Assembly (NCBI GenBank): GCA_951406725.2
Contig: OX597814.1
Location: forward strand, 185,690,001-185,754,000
Direction: 5' to 3'
Origin: Octopus vulgaris
Taxonomy: Eukaryota
DNA length: 64,000 nucleotides
Shown: one piece after another, positions 51,879-64,000 of the stretch
Position numbering within the stretch: the stretch's first letter is position 1
Layout of the letters: every line of letters starts with the position of its first letter
Translations under genes and position numbers: made by a program
Notes under the pieces: model-generated
What the model was told of the DNA's origin: nothing
What the model saw: only the letters and a program-made list of their open reading frames with translations
The model's database searches: none

Positions 51879-52298
51879 AGGTGCAGGAGTGGCTGTGTGG
51901 TAAGTAGCTTGTTTACCAACCACATGGTTCCGAGTTCAGTCCCACTGTGTGGCACCTTGGGCAAGTGTCTTCTACTATAGCCTCGGGCCGACCAAAGCCT
52001 TGTGAGTGGATTTGGTAGACGGAAACTGAAAGAAGTCCGTCGTATATATGTATATATAAATTTATATATGCGTGTGTGTGTTTGTGTGTCTATGTTTGCC
52101 CCCCTGGCATTGCTTGACAACCGATGCTGGTGTGTTTATGTCCCCGTTACTTAGCGGTTCAGCAAAAGAGACTGATAGAATAAGTACTGGGCTTATAAAA
52201 GAATAAGTCCCGGGTTCAAGTTGCTCGATTAAAGGCGGTGCTCCAGCATGGCTGCAGTCAAATGACTGAAATAAGTAAAAGAGTAAAGATTAAAGAGT
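51879..52298 (+). mobile_element. SINE-A, full length
   Basis: Family match. Confidence 0.92.
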
Positions 52299-52419
52299 AT
52301 ATACACAAATATTCTATAATTATAAACATAATTATAATCAGGGGTCAGCTAATTGCTTTGCCAAGCACCAAATTTAGAAATAGGAGTTAAAATGCTTTTT
52401 CTACTAATATAAAGATCTT

Positions 52420-52730
52420 GTGACACGTGAAAAATAACAATCGAGCATGATCGTTGCCAGTGCCGCTGGACTGGCTCCCGTGCAGGTAGCACGTAAAACT
52501 ACCTTTTGAGCATGGTCATTGCCAGAACCGCCTGACTGGCTCTCATGCCAGTGGCATGTAAAAGCACCCACTACACTCTCGAGGTGGTTGGTGTTAGGAA
52601 GGGCATCCAGCTGTAGAAACTTTGCCAGATCAGATTGAGCCTGGTGCAGCCTCTGGCTCACCAGTCTTCAGTCAAACCATCCAACCCATGCCAGCATGGA
52701 AAGCAGTTGTTAAACGATGATGATGATGAT
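52420..52730 (+). mobile_element. RTE LINE 3' UTR copy
   Basis: Array units, GGAAGGGCATCCAG, (GAT)n. Confidence 0.8.
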
Positions 52731-53686
52731 ATTGTTGTGTCTGGGGAGAGTCATTCTGTTTTAATGCCTTATTAATTAACACTGCAGTTCGATTTCAATT
52801 CCTTTACTAATTTATCCCTTTTTTTCTAAAAATGTTGTTGCTTCTTGCAACCACTTCATTAGTTGTTGACTCTGTCTGTTATCAGAGCGGCGTTCTTTTT
52901 GCTTGTTTGTTTGTTTGTTGGTGTGTTTATGTCCTTGTAACTTAGCAGTTCAGCAAAAGTACCAGGTTTAAAAAACAAAAAAAAAATAAGTACTAGGGTT
53001 GATCATTTCAACTAAAATTTTTCAAGCCAGTGCCCCAATATGACCACGACTGAAACAAGCAAAAGATAAAAGATATGCAAGAGTGAATCCAAACTGACAT
53101 TATCCAATGTGTCGCATCTTTTGAAGACTGTAGGGTGCAATTACAGGAAGATAGATTTGGCTGCTTTTTCTAGCAGGTCAAGCAGTTATATAGAAGCATC
53201 TTTGGCTGCTAGTATTGGAAGTAGTTGTGGTTGTGTGGAGTGTTTGGTTGTGGTGGTGGTTGTGGTGTTGATAGTGGTGGTAGTGATGGTGGTGGAGTTG
53301 ACGGTGGCCTTGGTGGCCTTCGTGGCCTTCGTGGTCATGGTGGAATGAAGAATGAAAAGATCAAGACTGACCCAAAACTAAACAGCAGAAACAACTCATT
53401 CCTGATTTCCTTCTTTCTTTCCTTGCATATTTTCAGTTTTCTTCTCTTCTTTTTTTTCTTATTTTTCTTTTAACTCATTCTTTTATTTCTCTCTCTTCCC
53501 TGTCTACTTTTTTCTTTCATTCTTTCATTCATTGCTTTCCCTCTTTCATTCCTGCTTTTCTTTTTACTTTCATTTTCTTCCCTACTGCCCTTCTCTCCTG
53601 TTTCACCACTCCTCTTTCTCTCTCAGACACACACACACACAAACATGTACACACACACTACTCTCTCTGTCTCTGTGTATATATAC

Positions 53687-53723
<37 letters not shown>

Positions 53724-53914
53724 TGATGATGATAGTAGGGAATATAATTCCAAACTTACAGGGAGAAATTCAATTTAGCAATTCTAAATCAAATTTCACA
53801 ATATAAAATATATGTATATAATTCAGAGAAAAACTTCTATTAAACAATTCAATAGTGAAAGATATTATTCACACCATATAGAAAAAAGAGATTTTTCTCT
53901 AAATTATACACACA

Positions 53915-53943
<29 letters not shown>

Positions 53944-53951
<8 letters not shown>

Positions 53952-54092
53952 AAGAAAGAGAAAATGGTGATTGGGAAGTTAATAATTGTTTAACAGCAAA
54001 TTATTCCTCATCTCTAGGATGATGATTAATTTGCTATTAATAATAAACAGTTATTAACTATTCAATCGCCATTTTCTTTTTCTTTTTTATAT
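53944..54092. repeat. imperfect fold-back, ~60-bp arms
   Basis: GAAAATGGTGATTG..AGTTAATAATTGTTTA pairs with TAAACAGTTATTAACT..CAATCGCCATTTTC. Confidence 0.8.
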
Positions 54093-54341
54093 AAATATAA
54101 ACTATCTGTTTTTCTATATATACCTATTATTTTAAGGAAATTAATTTTCCCAAAATACCAGGTATTGAACCAGTATTTCCTTGGATGGAACCATGCCTTC
54201 ATGAGTTAACACAACCTCCAATCGAATTTTTACATATATATTTAAAATAATAAGAGTGAAAAATTGAATATTAATTTGATTAATATAAATTTAAAACCAG
54301 TGGTCTAGCATATTGAAAAATCTGAAGTTTCAAAAAAAAAT

Positions 54342-54626
54342 ATATCACATACATATAAGAGGGATGACCTGTAAGTGGACATCTATTATGCTAGAAGAAG
54401 ATCCACTATGGTTTTACCATTAAGAAAGGAATGTTCTCAAGAAAATTTAGCAAATGCCAGAAGGTAATATATTTTGTATCTTTTCTTTTGTCTTGCTCGC
54501 TTACGTTCTGGTGTTTGCTGAGAACATTTTCTGAGAACATTTCTTTCTTAGTGGTAAGACCATAACGGACCTTCTTCTAGCATAATGGATGTCCACTTAC
54601 AGGTCATCACTCTTATATGTATGTAA

Positions 54627-54629
<3 letters not shown>
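54342..54629. repeat. imperfect fold-back, ~125-bp arms, ~33-bp loop
   Basis: GATGACCTGTAAGTGGACATC.ATTATGCTAGAAGAAG pairs with CTTCTTCTAGCATAATGGATGTCCACTTACAGGTCATC. Confidence 0.9.
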
Positions 54630-54657
<28 letters not shown>

Positions 54658-54670
54658 TATATACAACTTT

Positions 54671-54713
<43 letters not shown>

Positions 54714-55110
54714 ACACACACACACACATTTTCTGCCACTTTCAATCAATCTCTGACATCCACATACAACCTTGATCAGTCATAATGACCTGTCTGTGTG
54801 TCCACTGAGGTTTGTCACTCTCCTCTGTTGAATGCCACTGAAATGTCTTGGGTATTTTATTGATGGTGGGTGAGGCTACTTCAACCAGGGAAGACAACAT
54901 TGGTCAAGTTCATTACCTTGCAATTGTCACCAAACTGATCAGGCAACAATTCCAATAGATTCATTTGAACCATACAAAAATTCATATTTGCCTTTCACTG
55001 TTCTTAACATATCCAATCACACACACACACACACGTACAGTAACACACACATATATATATAAACGCACACACACATATACATCTATAAACACACACACAC
55101 AAATACACAT

Positions 55111-55478
55111 CTTTTATTTTCTGTCTTTTGCTTGCTTCAATCATTAGACTGTGGCCATGCTAGGGTAACACAGGTACTTTCTTTAAACCTGGTACTCATT
55201 TTATTGGTCTCTTTTGCAGATCCATGAAGTTACAGGTACGTAAACAAACCAACACCGGTTGCCAAGCAGTGGTGTGGAACAAACATACACACGCACACAC
55301 ACACACACACACACACATACGACGGGCTTCTTTCAGTGTCCGTCTACTAAATCCACTCACAAGGCTTTGGATGGTTTGAGGCTATAGTAGAAGACACTTG
55401 CCCAAGGCGCAAACCAGTGGGACTGAACCCAGAACCATGCAGTTGGGAAGCAAGCATTTTACCACACAGCCACACCCA
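55111..55478 (-). mobile_element. SINE-A, diverged
   Basis: Family match. Confidence 0.8.
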
Positions 55479-55531
55479 TGTATATATATATATATATCAT
55501 TTAATATAGTAATATGTATATATACATATAT

Positions 55532-55582
<51 letters not shown>

Positions 55583-55622
55583 CATATACACACTCACACA
55601 TTTATACTTATATATAAAATAA

Positions 55623-55657
<35 letters not shown>

Positions 55658-55843
55658 AGAATTCACAGAAAAAAACAAAAGATGAAGGCAGGTGGTGTAG
55701 ACAACAAACAGATGTATTAGTATAACGCTCGGGAAGTGAAAAAGTCTTTAACATTTTGAACCTATGCTCTTCCACAGAAAGGAACACAGAAAGAAACAAG
55801 GAGAGAAAATAAAGAATGTGTAGTGGCTAGCGATCTACCATGG

Positions 55844-55902
<59 letters not shown>

Positions 55903-56250
55903 CATTTATATAATATACATACACAGACAGACACATAGATAGACAGACAGATATGTATTGCTTGATTTAACACTGCTACCTAGTACATGGGTGTCTTTTG
56001 TGATTTTTTTCACTTTCTCACAAGCATTCAGAGAAAACGCACTGGCTCCCTTCTAAAATATTATTTTTTTCCCCCTCTTTTCTTTTCTCTTTGCAGATGT
56101 TAAACATGCAATTTAGATAACAGGAGCAGCATCTGTTTCCATAGCTACAATTGATTACTAGCATTGTCCAGGGTTGAGTTCCGAGACTAATGTGAAAATC
56201 TATCACATCAATTGATTATCGATAGTACATGTATGCATTATATATATATA

Positions 56251-56316
<66 letters not shown>

Positions 56317-57038
56317 ATATATACAGAGGTGCATTATGCGAGTGTATATGTGGATATATAGATATGCATGCATGTGTGTTTGTGAGAGAGGTTATACACA
56401 CACAAATGTACATACATGCATGAATGAATGAATGTGTGTTGGTGTGTGTGTATTTGTGTGTATATATACATATATGTATATATATATATATATATATACA
56501 TACATACATATATATATGTTCATACATACACATGCAAACACATGTATGCATATCTATATACAGACATGCACATATATATATAATTGATACATAAACACAC
56601 ACTCATACACTCACACACACACACATATATACATATATTATTTATATATACATATGCATATATATTGTATATATATATATGTATGTATGTATGTATATAT
56701 ATATATATATACTTATATATACTTATATATATACATATATATTGCATAGAGAGAGAGAGAGAGAGAGTGAGATAGATAGATAGATAAATAAACACAGATA
56801 TATAGATATACACACACATATATAGATATACACACACATATATATGCACACATACACACTCACACACAAACATTCAAACACAAACAGATAATGTTAGAAT
56901 GCATAGACATGTGTGCACGTGTGTTTGTATGTGCATGAATGTATGTGCATATATACATGCATATACATGTGTGTATGTATGTGCTTGTGTACATGTGTAC
57001 GTATGTGTACCTATGTGCTTGTGTACATGCGTGTTTAC

Positions 57039-57120
<82 letters not shown>

Positions 57121-57579
57121 CTGTGTTTGTGTGTGTGTGTGTGCCTGTGTGTGTGTGTGTGTGTGCCTGTGTGTTCTGACCTAATGGTAAACATTAAATG
57201 TGATTTTATTTATTTTGCTATATTTTATTCAATCTTAGAAGGTTTCATTTGATAATCAATCACGAGAAAATAACAAAAGTCTGGTAGATATGTGGTTGTT
57301 GCTGCTGCTCTTTAACCCTAGGTCAACCTTAATCCGATAGACCAGACCTATGATCGAAAGCATTCCAGCCTTGTCTATCCTGCCTTTTCCCTCTCTGCAG
57401 GTAACCCAGAATCACATTATTGAACACATCTTTTTCTAAAACTGTTGGGAGAGATTCGATCTTTTAGCATTTACTCCGGTCATGTCCGGCCAAAATATTC
57501 TACATGTGATATGTTCAAACTGGCTGGATCTGACCTCTCACACTACCATACAATGTTATCCTAAAATTATTCTTACAAA

Positions 57580-57729
57580 TTATTCTTTGTAAGCTTAATA
57601 CTTATTCTATCGATCACTTGTGCCGAACTACTAAGTTACGGGGACATAAGCACACCAACATTGGTTGTCAAGCAATGGTGGGGTGGACAAACACAGACAC
57701 ACAAACATGTACACACACATACACACACA

Positions 57730-57767
<38 letters not shown>

Positions 57768-57925
57768 GGCTTCTTTCAGTTTCCATCAACCAAATCCACT
57801 CACAAGGCTTTGGTTTGCCTGAGGCTAAAGTGGGAGACACTTGCCCAGGGCACTACGCAGTGGGACTGAACCCGGACCCATGCGGTTGGTAAGCAAGCTA
57901 CTTACCACACAGCCACTCCTGCACC
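57580..57925 (-). mobile_element. SINE-A between inverted pieces of the piggyBac-like MITE
   Basis: Family match. MITE pieces lie at ~57460-57570 and ~57930-58093. Confidence 0.8.
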
Positions 57926-59077
57926 AATGTTGTAGCTTAGATATTTTGAAGATATGATTGTCTGTTTTTAGAATGGTCTGTTTTTAGAATGTCATTGCAG
58001 AGTAGGTGTGACAGGCCTGATCTGGTCAGTTTTAGCATAAAACAGGTAGACTATCTGGGCTGGATATGGCCGGTTTAAATGCTAAAGTGTTAAAGAACAA
58101 TGTGAATAAATAAGCATTACATTTGACTAAATAATCTGAATATGCTAGGGTTAAGGGAGATTTGGTTGTCATTTCTGTCAAGTTGAAAGTCTATATAGAG
58201 CAGTCATGGGTTAAACTGTGTACCACTGAACATTCTGAGGGACTTTCTAAATGGTACACTTAGCAAAGAATTACCTTGTGTTTTTGCTTTTACTGGGGCG
58301 GCCCACCTGATGACAAATTGTATCTCATGTGGCCCACTTTGACCCAAAGAGTAATGCTGCTGGTGGTGGTGGTGGTGGTGGTCATGATGGGTGATGCAGA
58401 GTGACAAGATATCAATGGAAGAAAATAAAAAAGGAAAGCAACCAACTCATCTGTCCTCCCCTTCTGAAATAGTTAACAAGAAAAACTAATAACCACTAAC
58501 ACACACACACACACACACAACACACACATTAACATACATTCTTGTATATACATTGTTGAGTCAAAATATCACTGAAATTGATATGAATTGCAATTAATTT
58601 TCACATACACACACACACCCACACACTGCTATTACCTCTGGCATGAAAAGGGTGGGATTTCAAAGTGGAGTGGTAAATACTATCAGTGCAGCCCTAATTT
58701 ACACATACAGAAAAATGTACACAACACACATATGAGTGTATATAGGCAGCATATGTCTATGTAAATGTATACGCACATGCATACATGTATGCATGCATGC
58801 ATGCATGCATGTATGTATGTATGTATGTATGTATGTATGTATGTATGTATGTATTATACAGTGTTTGTATGTAAATATATATATTTATGCACACACATTC
58901 ATACTCACAGATACATGTGCGTATGTATGATATATTGTCTGAGTATGTACTTGATTATATTGCATGTGTTTGTGTGTATGAGTATGTATGAATGTATATT
59001 TGTATCTATGAATGTATGTATCTATGTAAGTATGTGTGCATATGCATACACATACATGCATATACAATGTTTGAATG

Positions 59078-59109
<32 letters not shown>

Positions 59110-59330
59110 TATGCACACACACATACACATGCATATATGTGTTTGTTTGGTGTATAAATATGTACATGGATACATATACAGTGTGTGCATAATATATGTA
59201 TATTTATATACTGAGTGAGTATGCATATATATATATATATACATGTGTGTGTGTCTTGTGGTGTGTGCTGAAGGAGAGCCAGTAAGTGGGAGAGACTCAG
59301 GGTTGTTGACAGCATGTAAATTTATAAGTA

Positions 59331-59361
<31 letters not shown>

Positions 59362-59754
59362 AGTGGTTGCGTGTGAAAATGCATAGGCATTATTTCATAT
59401 TGCTTTACTATTTGTTATGTTGCTATTGTTTAAGAGGCTGCTGAGATGTCAATCAATCCGTATGTTTTTTTGTTTTTGTTTGTTTTTTTTATCTAGTATG
59501 GCTGGGTTTATCTGAGTGTTACATTACAGAAGCCGTTACTAATTAACGAAGTAAATCCTAACAATGCTACCTTGCCTCACAAGCAACAGGGTGTCGAGTG
59601 TTGTCCACAAATGATGATGGTGGTGTAGCGTCGTTGCTGATGTTGTTGTTGTTATTGTTGGTGTCTCCTCCCTTTTGCTATGTTATCTTACCTGTATCAA
59701 ATATTTACAATTACTTTTACTTTTCAGGTTCTAAACAACCCAAAGCACCTCTGT

Positions 59755-59985
59755 ATCATCATCATCATCATCATTTAACGTCTGCTTTCCATGCTGGCAT
59801 GGGTTAGACGGTTTGACTAGAACTGGTAAGCCGGAGAGCTGCACCAGGTTCCAGTCTGTTTTTGCTTGGTTTCTACAGCTCGATGCCCTTCCTAACGCCA
59901 ACCACTCCAAGAGCATAGTGGGTGCCTTTTACATGCCACCAGCACAGGTACCAGTTACAAAACACCAGCAATGACCACAATTTTA
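59755..59985 (-). mobile_element. RTE LINE 3' UTR copy
   Basis: (CAT)n TTTAACGTCTGCTTTCCATGCTGGCATGGG. Confidence 0.8.
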
Positions 59986-59987
59986 CT

Positions 59988-61462
59988 TGGTTTGGTCCTG
60001 AACTCCAGGTTGATAAGAACTGGGACAAGATGGCAAACAGGGTGGCCAGTCTTACCCAGAAATGGGCTGAAAGAAAGCTGTCCCTGAAAGGTCAGGCAGA
60101 GGTGGTGAATGCTTACATTGCCACCATTATCATTTATCACCTGATCGTCATGCCTTGTTCAAGTTCTGCTTGACCGGGCTGCAGTGTCTCTTATTTAAAT
60201 TCTTGTGGAAGAGATGTGTTCCGATGATTAGACACTCAGCCTGTTGCCAGCATCCTCTGAGTGGCAGATTAAGTATGCCATGGCTCCTAATGTGCAGACA
60301 TTCACTTAGGTTATGCCACCTGCAATGATTTCTGGATGGTGAGCGTGTGTGGGCTCCATTTGTGAGGTTCGTCTTTCCACAGCTCATCCCCTTGGCAGTG
60401 CTGCTGCCATAGGTAAAGAAAAGACCAAGACTGGGTCCCTGGCACCTAGAATGCTGTCAGATGTTCACAACCCTCATCCAGTCGGGCAATGGAATTGGTG
60501 GATGTTCTGCTTTAGAAATTTATAGAGGATTAATAGCAGGGAAGTGTGATGATGTTCTCAGAGAGACTCTGGGCACTGACAAGAACTGGCTAGTCTATTC
60601 CGAAGGACTTTCCTGTCGGGAACTATCATGGATAATTTCCAGATGTTCTTGGCCTGGCAGTGCTACCGGGGGGTACTACCAGTTCAAGATAAACAGGCAC
60701 AGATGTGCTGTCAGATGGTCTTGTCCAAGGTGCATGCAAAGTGATGAAACCATTATGCATGCCCCTGTTCAGTGTCTGGCATTGCTGACTTGTGGGGTTA
60801 TGTTGAACAGCTACTGTCATACGTAGGATGGATTTGTCTGTTGGCCAAGTCTGTAGTGATGATTGCACCATTGCTCTCCTTCAATTGGGCAGGCAAGGCA
60901 GTTTTCCTTTGTCTGGTGGCTGTGGTGAAAGAGGTTGTTTGGTGGACAAGGCTGAAAGGCATGAGGACAAATACATTCCTCTTCAGTAGAGCACTCATTG
61001 ACTTTTCAAATTTCACTTAAAAAGGAAACTGAGAATGGAGAGAGAAGTACTGTCCTCGAATGAATTTACTGAAAGGTGGGGGAAAGTTGCAAAAATGGCA
61101 AGTGTGGATGGTACCTCTTTAAGTGAAGACCTGGAGAGAAGGAATTGGAGAGGGCACTTGCTCCAAGAATTTCGGGGAATTCTCGGACAGTGGGGTTCCT
61201 CAGTGATCCCTAGAGGTGTTCCTGTATCAGGTGGGCTACATCTCTATCATCCTTCCCACCATTTTCTTCTTTCTTTTTTTTTGTAATTTTTTTTACCTTA
61301 GTATGCTATGCATATATCCCTTTTTTTTTTCTAGTGTTTACTGTGTATACTTTATTTTCTTTTTTCTTCATTTCATTATTATATGTAACCCCCACACACA
61401 CACTTTATGTCTGTCTCTGTATTGTTCCCCTCATCATTCGTCCTTGTGGCAAATAAATGAAA
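59988..61462 (+). pseudogene. L1/Tx1-clade LINE 3' part, disrupted ORF2
   Basis: WFGP..NW..W.ERKLSLKG.AEVVN, LFKFLW, HPLSGRL.MP, CCHC knuckle CPRCMQSDETIMHAPVQC, T-rich UTR, AATAAA at 61452, then (ATC)n. Confidence 0.8.
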
Positions 61463-61517
61463 TCATCATCATCATCATCATCATTATTATTATTATTATT
61501 ATTATCATTATTATTAC

Positions 61518-62820
61518 TATTTTTTATTCTTCTTTCAAATTTGCTTCCATTTCTTGCCGAGTGTCTTCCCGACTCCTAGGGCAAAGAAACTCATAGTATA
61601 CATTGGTAGGCCATTAAACCAAACTCAATAGTTCGTTCATTTTTTTTTTTTTTTTTTTTAAGTTAAATTAAAATACATGAGCAGCAACAGTTCTCACATC
61701 GACAATGCTCTTCTCAATACGTGTGATGTACCAGTTAAGACAATCTTTTGCACTTCTTGCAGGGATGGTAAGCCAGAGATCATTCTCATATAATTTTCGG
61801 TTCCCTTCTTGATCATTCCTAGTGCTCCTACGATCACTGGTATTGTAACCGCCTTGAGATGCCACATTTTCTCAATTTCAATGAGTAGGTCTTTATATTT
61901 TCTGAGCTTGTCAAACTCTTTCGCTGAGATATTATGATCACAGGGGATGCTCATGTCGATCAATAAGCAAACTTTATTGTTTTGGTCTTTCACAACAATA
62001 TCTGGTTTATTGGCCTTGATGGTTTGGTCTGTATGTATTGGAAAGTCCCACAGAATGGTTACATTTTCTCCTTCAGTTACAGCCTCAGGGTGGTGATTAT
62101 ACCACTTGTCGGCAGTTTTGATATTGTAATGCCGACTTATTAGCCAGTGTAGATATTGGCCAACTCTGTCATGTCTTAATTTATACTCCACTGGAGCTAA
62201 GACTTTACATCCAGAGATTAGGTGGTCCACTGTTTCAATCATGTCGTTGCAGAATCGGCATTTTGGGTCTGCTCCATTTTTCATCACATTGGCCTGGTAG
62301 TTCCGGGTTAATAGGCTTTGATCTTGAGCAGCCAGGATGAAACCTTCGCTCTCTGCTTTTAGCCCTGAGCTCCGTAGCCACTGATGGGTTTGCTTCTGGT
62401 CAACATCAGCTTGTTTGCTGCGGGTCACATATTTGCCGTGCAGAGGTTTCTCCTCCCACCTATCAGCCAATTGCTCGTGTGCTTTTTTCGTTGCCATTAT
62501 TTTCACCTTCTTTGCAACAATAATTGCCGTACTTCCCTCGGGTTGTTCTGTTTGGGTATTCTGCACGAGATCAGTAGCAAATTTTTTGCTTTCCTTTATG
62601 ATAGAATGAAGCTTCTTTCGATTCTCGTGATTTTCCATGAGCTTTAGCATCCAGTCATTCGATATTTCGAGATATTTGGCCAGTCCAATTCTGGTTGTTT
62701 TGTAAGCTAGTTCAAATTGGATCAGGCCTCGACCTCCTTGGGCTCTGGGAAGATAAAGGCGATCTACGTCTGCCTTTGGGTGGTGCATCCTATTACAACT
62801 CAGCAGCTTGCGTATTTTCC

Positions 62821-62821
<1 letters not shown>
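61518..62821 (-). mobile_element. 5'-truncated R4/Dong-type RLE LINE in (TAA)n
   Basis: (AAT)n at both junctions. ORF motifs are listed in the next feature. Confidence 0.9.
61694..62821 (-). CDS. open C-terminal part of a LINE polyprotein: post-RT region, CCHC knuckle, restriction-like endonuclease (no native start)
   Basis: RLYLPR..GGRGL, AAQDQ.L.TR, CRFC....ETVDHLISGC, RHD, KPDIV..IDMSIP..K..KY, PVIVGALG. No stops over ~375 codons. Confidence 0.85.
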
Positions 62822-62866
<45 letters not shown>

Positions 62867-63227
62867 TGAAAGCAAAAAGACGTTGAAAACAAGCAGCAAA
62901 AAAAAAATCCCACCAAGTCTGAATTGAAATTTGTTGAAACAAAAATATAAAAGTTACAAAAGAAACAAAAATATTAAAAACAGAGTAATAACCAATAACA
63001 ACAAAGCCAAGTCTGATGCCTAACTTAGATTTTCCCAAAGGAGGATTCAGAAGTTCTGTTTGATTTCTAATCTGACAAGATTAGAAATATTTGGCAGTCC
63101 AAATATACATATGTCTGTTGTATATGGTAAAAATATATTAGTTGATCTACACACACACACACACGCATTAATATATAGATATAAATAAAATACATTATAG
63201 AATGCTTAATAATTATATATACATAAA

Positions 63228-63270
<43 letters not shown>

Positions 63271-63287
63271 ACACACACATATATATA

Positions 63288-63975
63288 TCATCATCATCAT
63301 CGTTTAACGTCCGCTTTCCATGCTAGCATGGGTTGGACGATTTTGAATGGGGGCTGGCGAACCAGACGGCCGCACCAGGCTCTAATCTTGATCTGGCAGA
63401 GTTTCTACAGCTGGTTGCCCTTCCTAACGCCAACCACTCTGAGAGTGTAGTGAGTGCATTTTAAGCGCCATCGGTACGGGGCCAGTCAAGCAATACTGGC
63501 AATGACCTCACTCGAATTTTTTTACATATATATCATCATCATCATCATTTAACGTCTGCCTTCCATTTTAGTATGGGTGGGATGGTTTCACAAGAGCCAG
63601 CCAGGCGGAAGACTGCACCATACTTCTGTGACTGTTTTGGCAGGATTTTTACAGCTGGATGCCCTTCATAACACTAACCACTCAGCAGAGTAGACATAGT
63701 GCTTTTGACGTGCCTCAAGCACAGGTGAGGTCAGTTTTGGCAAGGTTTTTACAAGTGGAAGCCCTTCCAAACACCAACCACTTTACAGAGTAGACTGGTT
63801 GCTTTTAAGTGACACCTGCACTGAGAGGATCACCAAGTACTTGCAAGACAAAAAAAACCAAAAGCTTTCATGGGAGGAGGGGGCATTGGAGGCGGTGTTG
63901 GATGATGAAAAGGTTATAGTGAGACAGAGAGACAGAAACAGGTGTCTTGCTGTAGAGGAAGTAAAAATTTACCCA
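63288..63975 (-). mobile_element. two adjacent RTE-type 3' UTR copies
   Basis: (CAT)n-TTTAACGTC starts at ~63290 and ~63535. Confidence 0.75.
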
Positions 63976-64000
63976 ACGAGAGAGAGAGAGAGAGAGAGAG

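Noticed and set aside
62822-62899. N-terminal 26 aa of the 401-aa ORF
   Set aside because: This is flanking sequence and (AAT)n read in frame by chance. The element is 5'-truncated at ~62821.

Overview
This is AT-rich eukaryotic DNA made almost entirely of repeats. From the SINE families and the very high microsatellite load I infer an octopus (coleoid cephalopod) intergenic region or large intron. No recognisable host gene, rRNA, tRNA gene or CRISPR array is present, and most ORFs in the track are microsatellite or SINE artefacts. The supported content is: several tRNA-derived SINE families (my labels A, B, D); many 5'-truncated RTE-clade LINE 3' ends with (GAT)n tails; an R4/Dong-type LINE with an open C-terminal ORF sitting in (TAA)n; a decayed L1/Tx1 LINE; four mariner remnants; piggyBac- and hAT-type MITEs; and Penelope-like remnants. 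The less obvious signals are a set of minimal hammerhead-ribozyme motifs, a Penelope RT motif amplified as an exact 4x99-bp in-frame array, several long fold-back inverted repeats, a structured repeat array inside a LINE 3' UTR, and a microsatellite-built ORF that looks like signal peptide plus Thr-rich mucin. I found no convincing evidence of a wholly new biological system. These are leads, family assignments come from recalled motifs rather than searches, and many boundaries are approximate.
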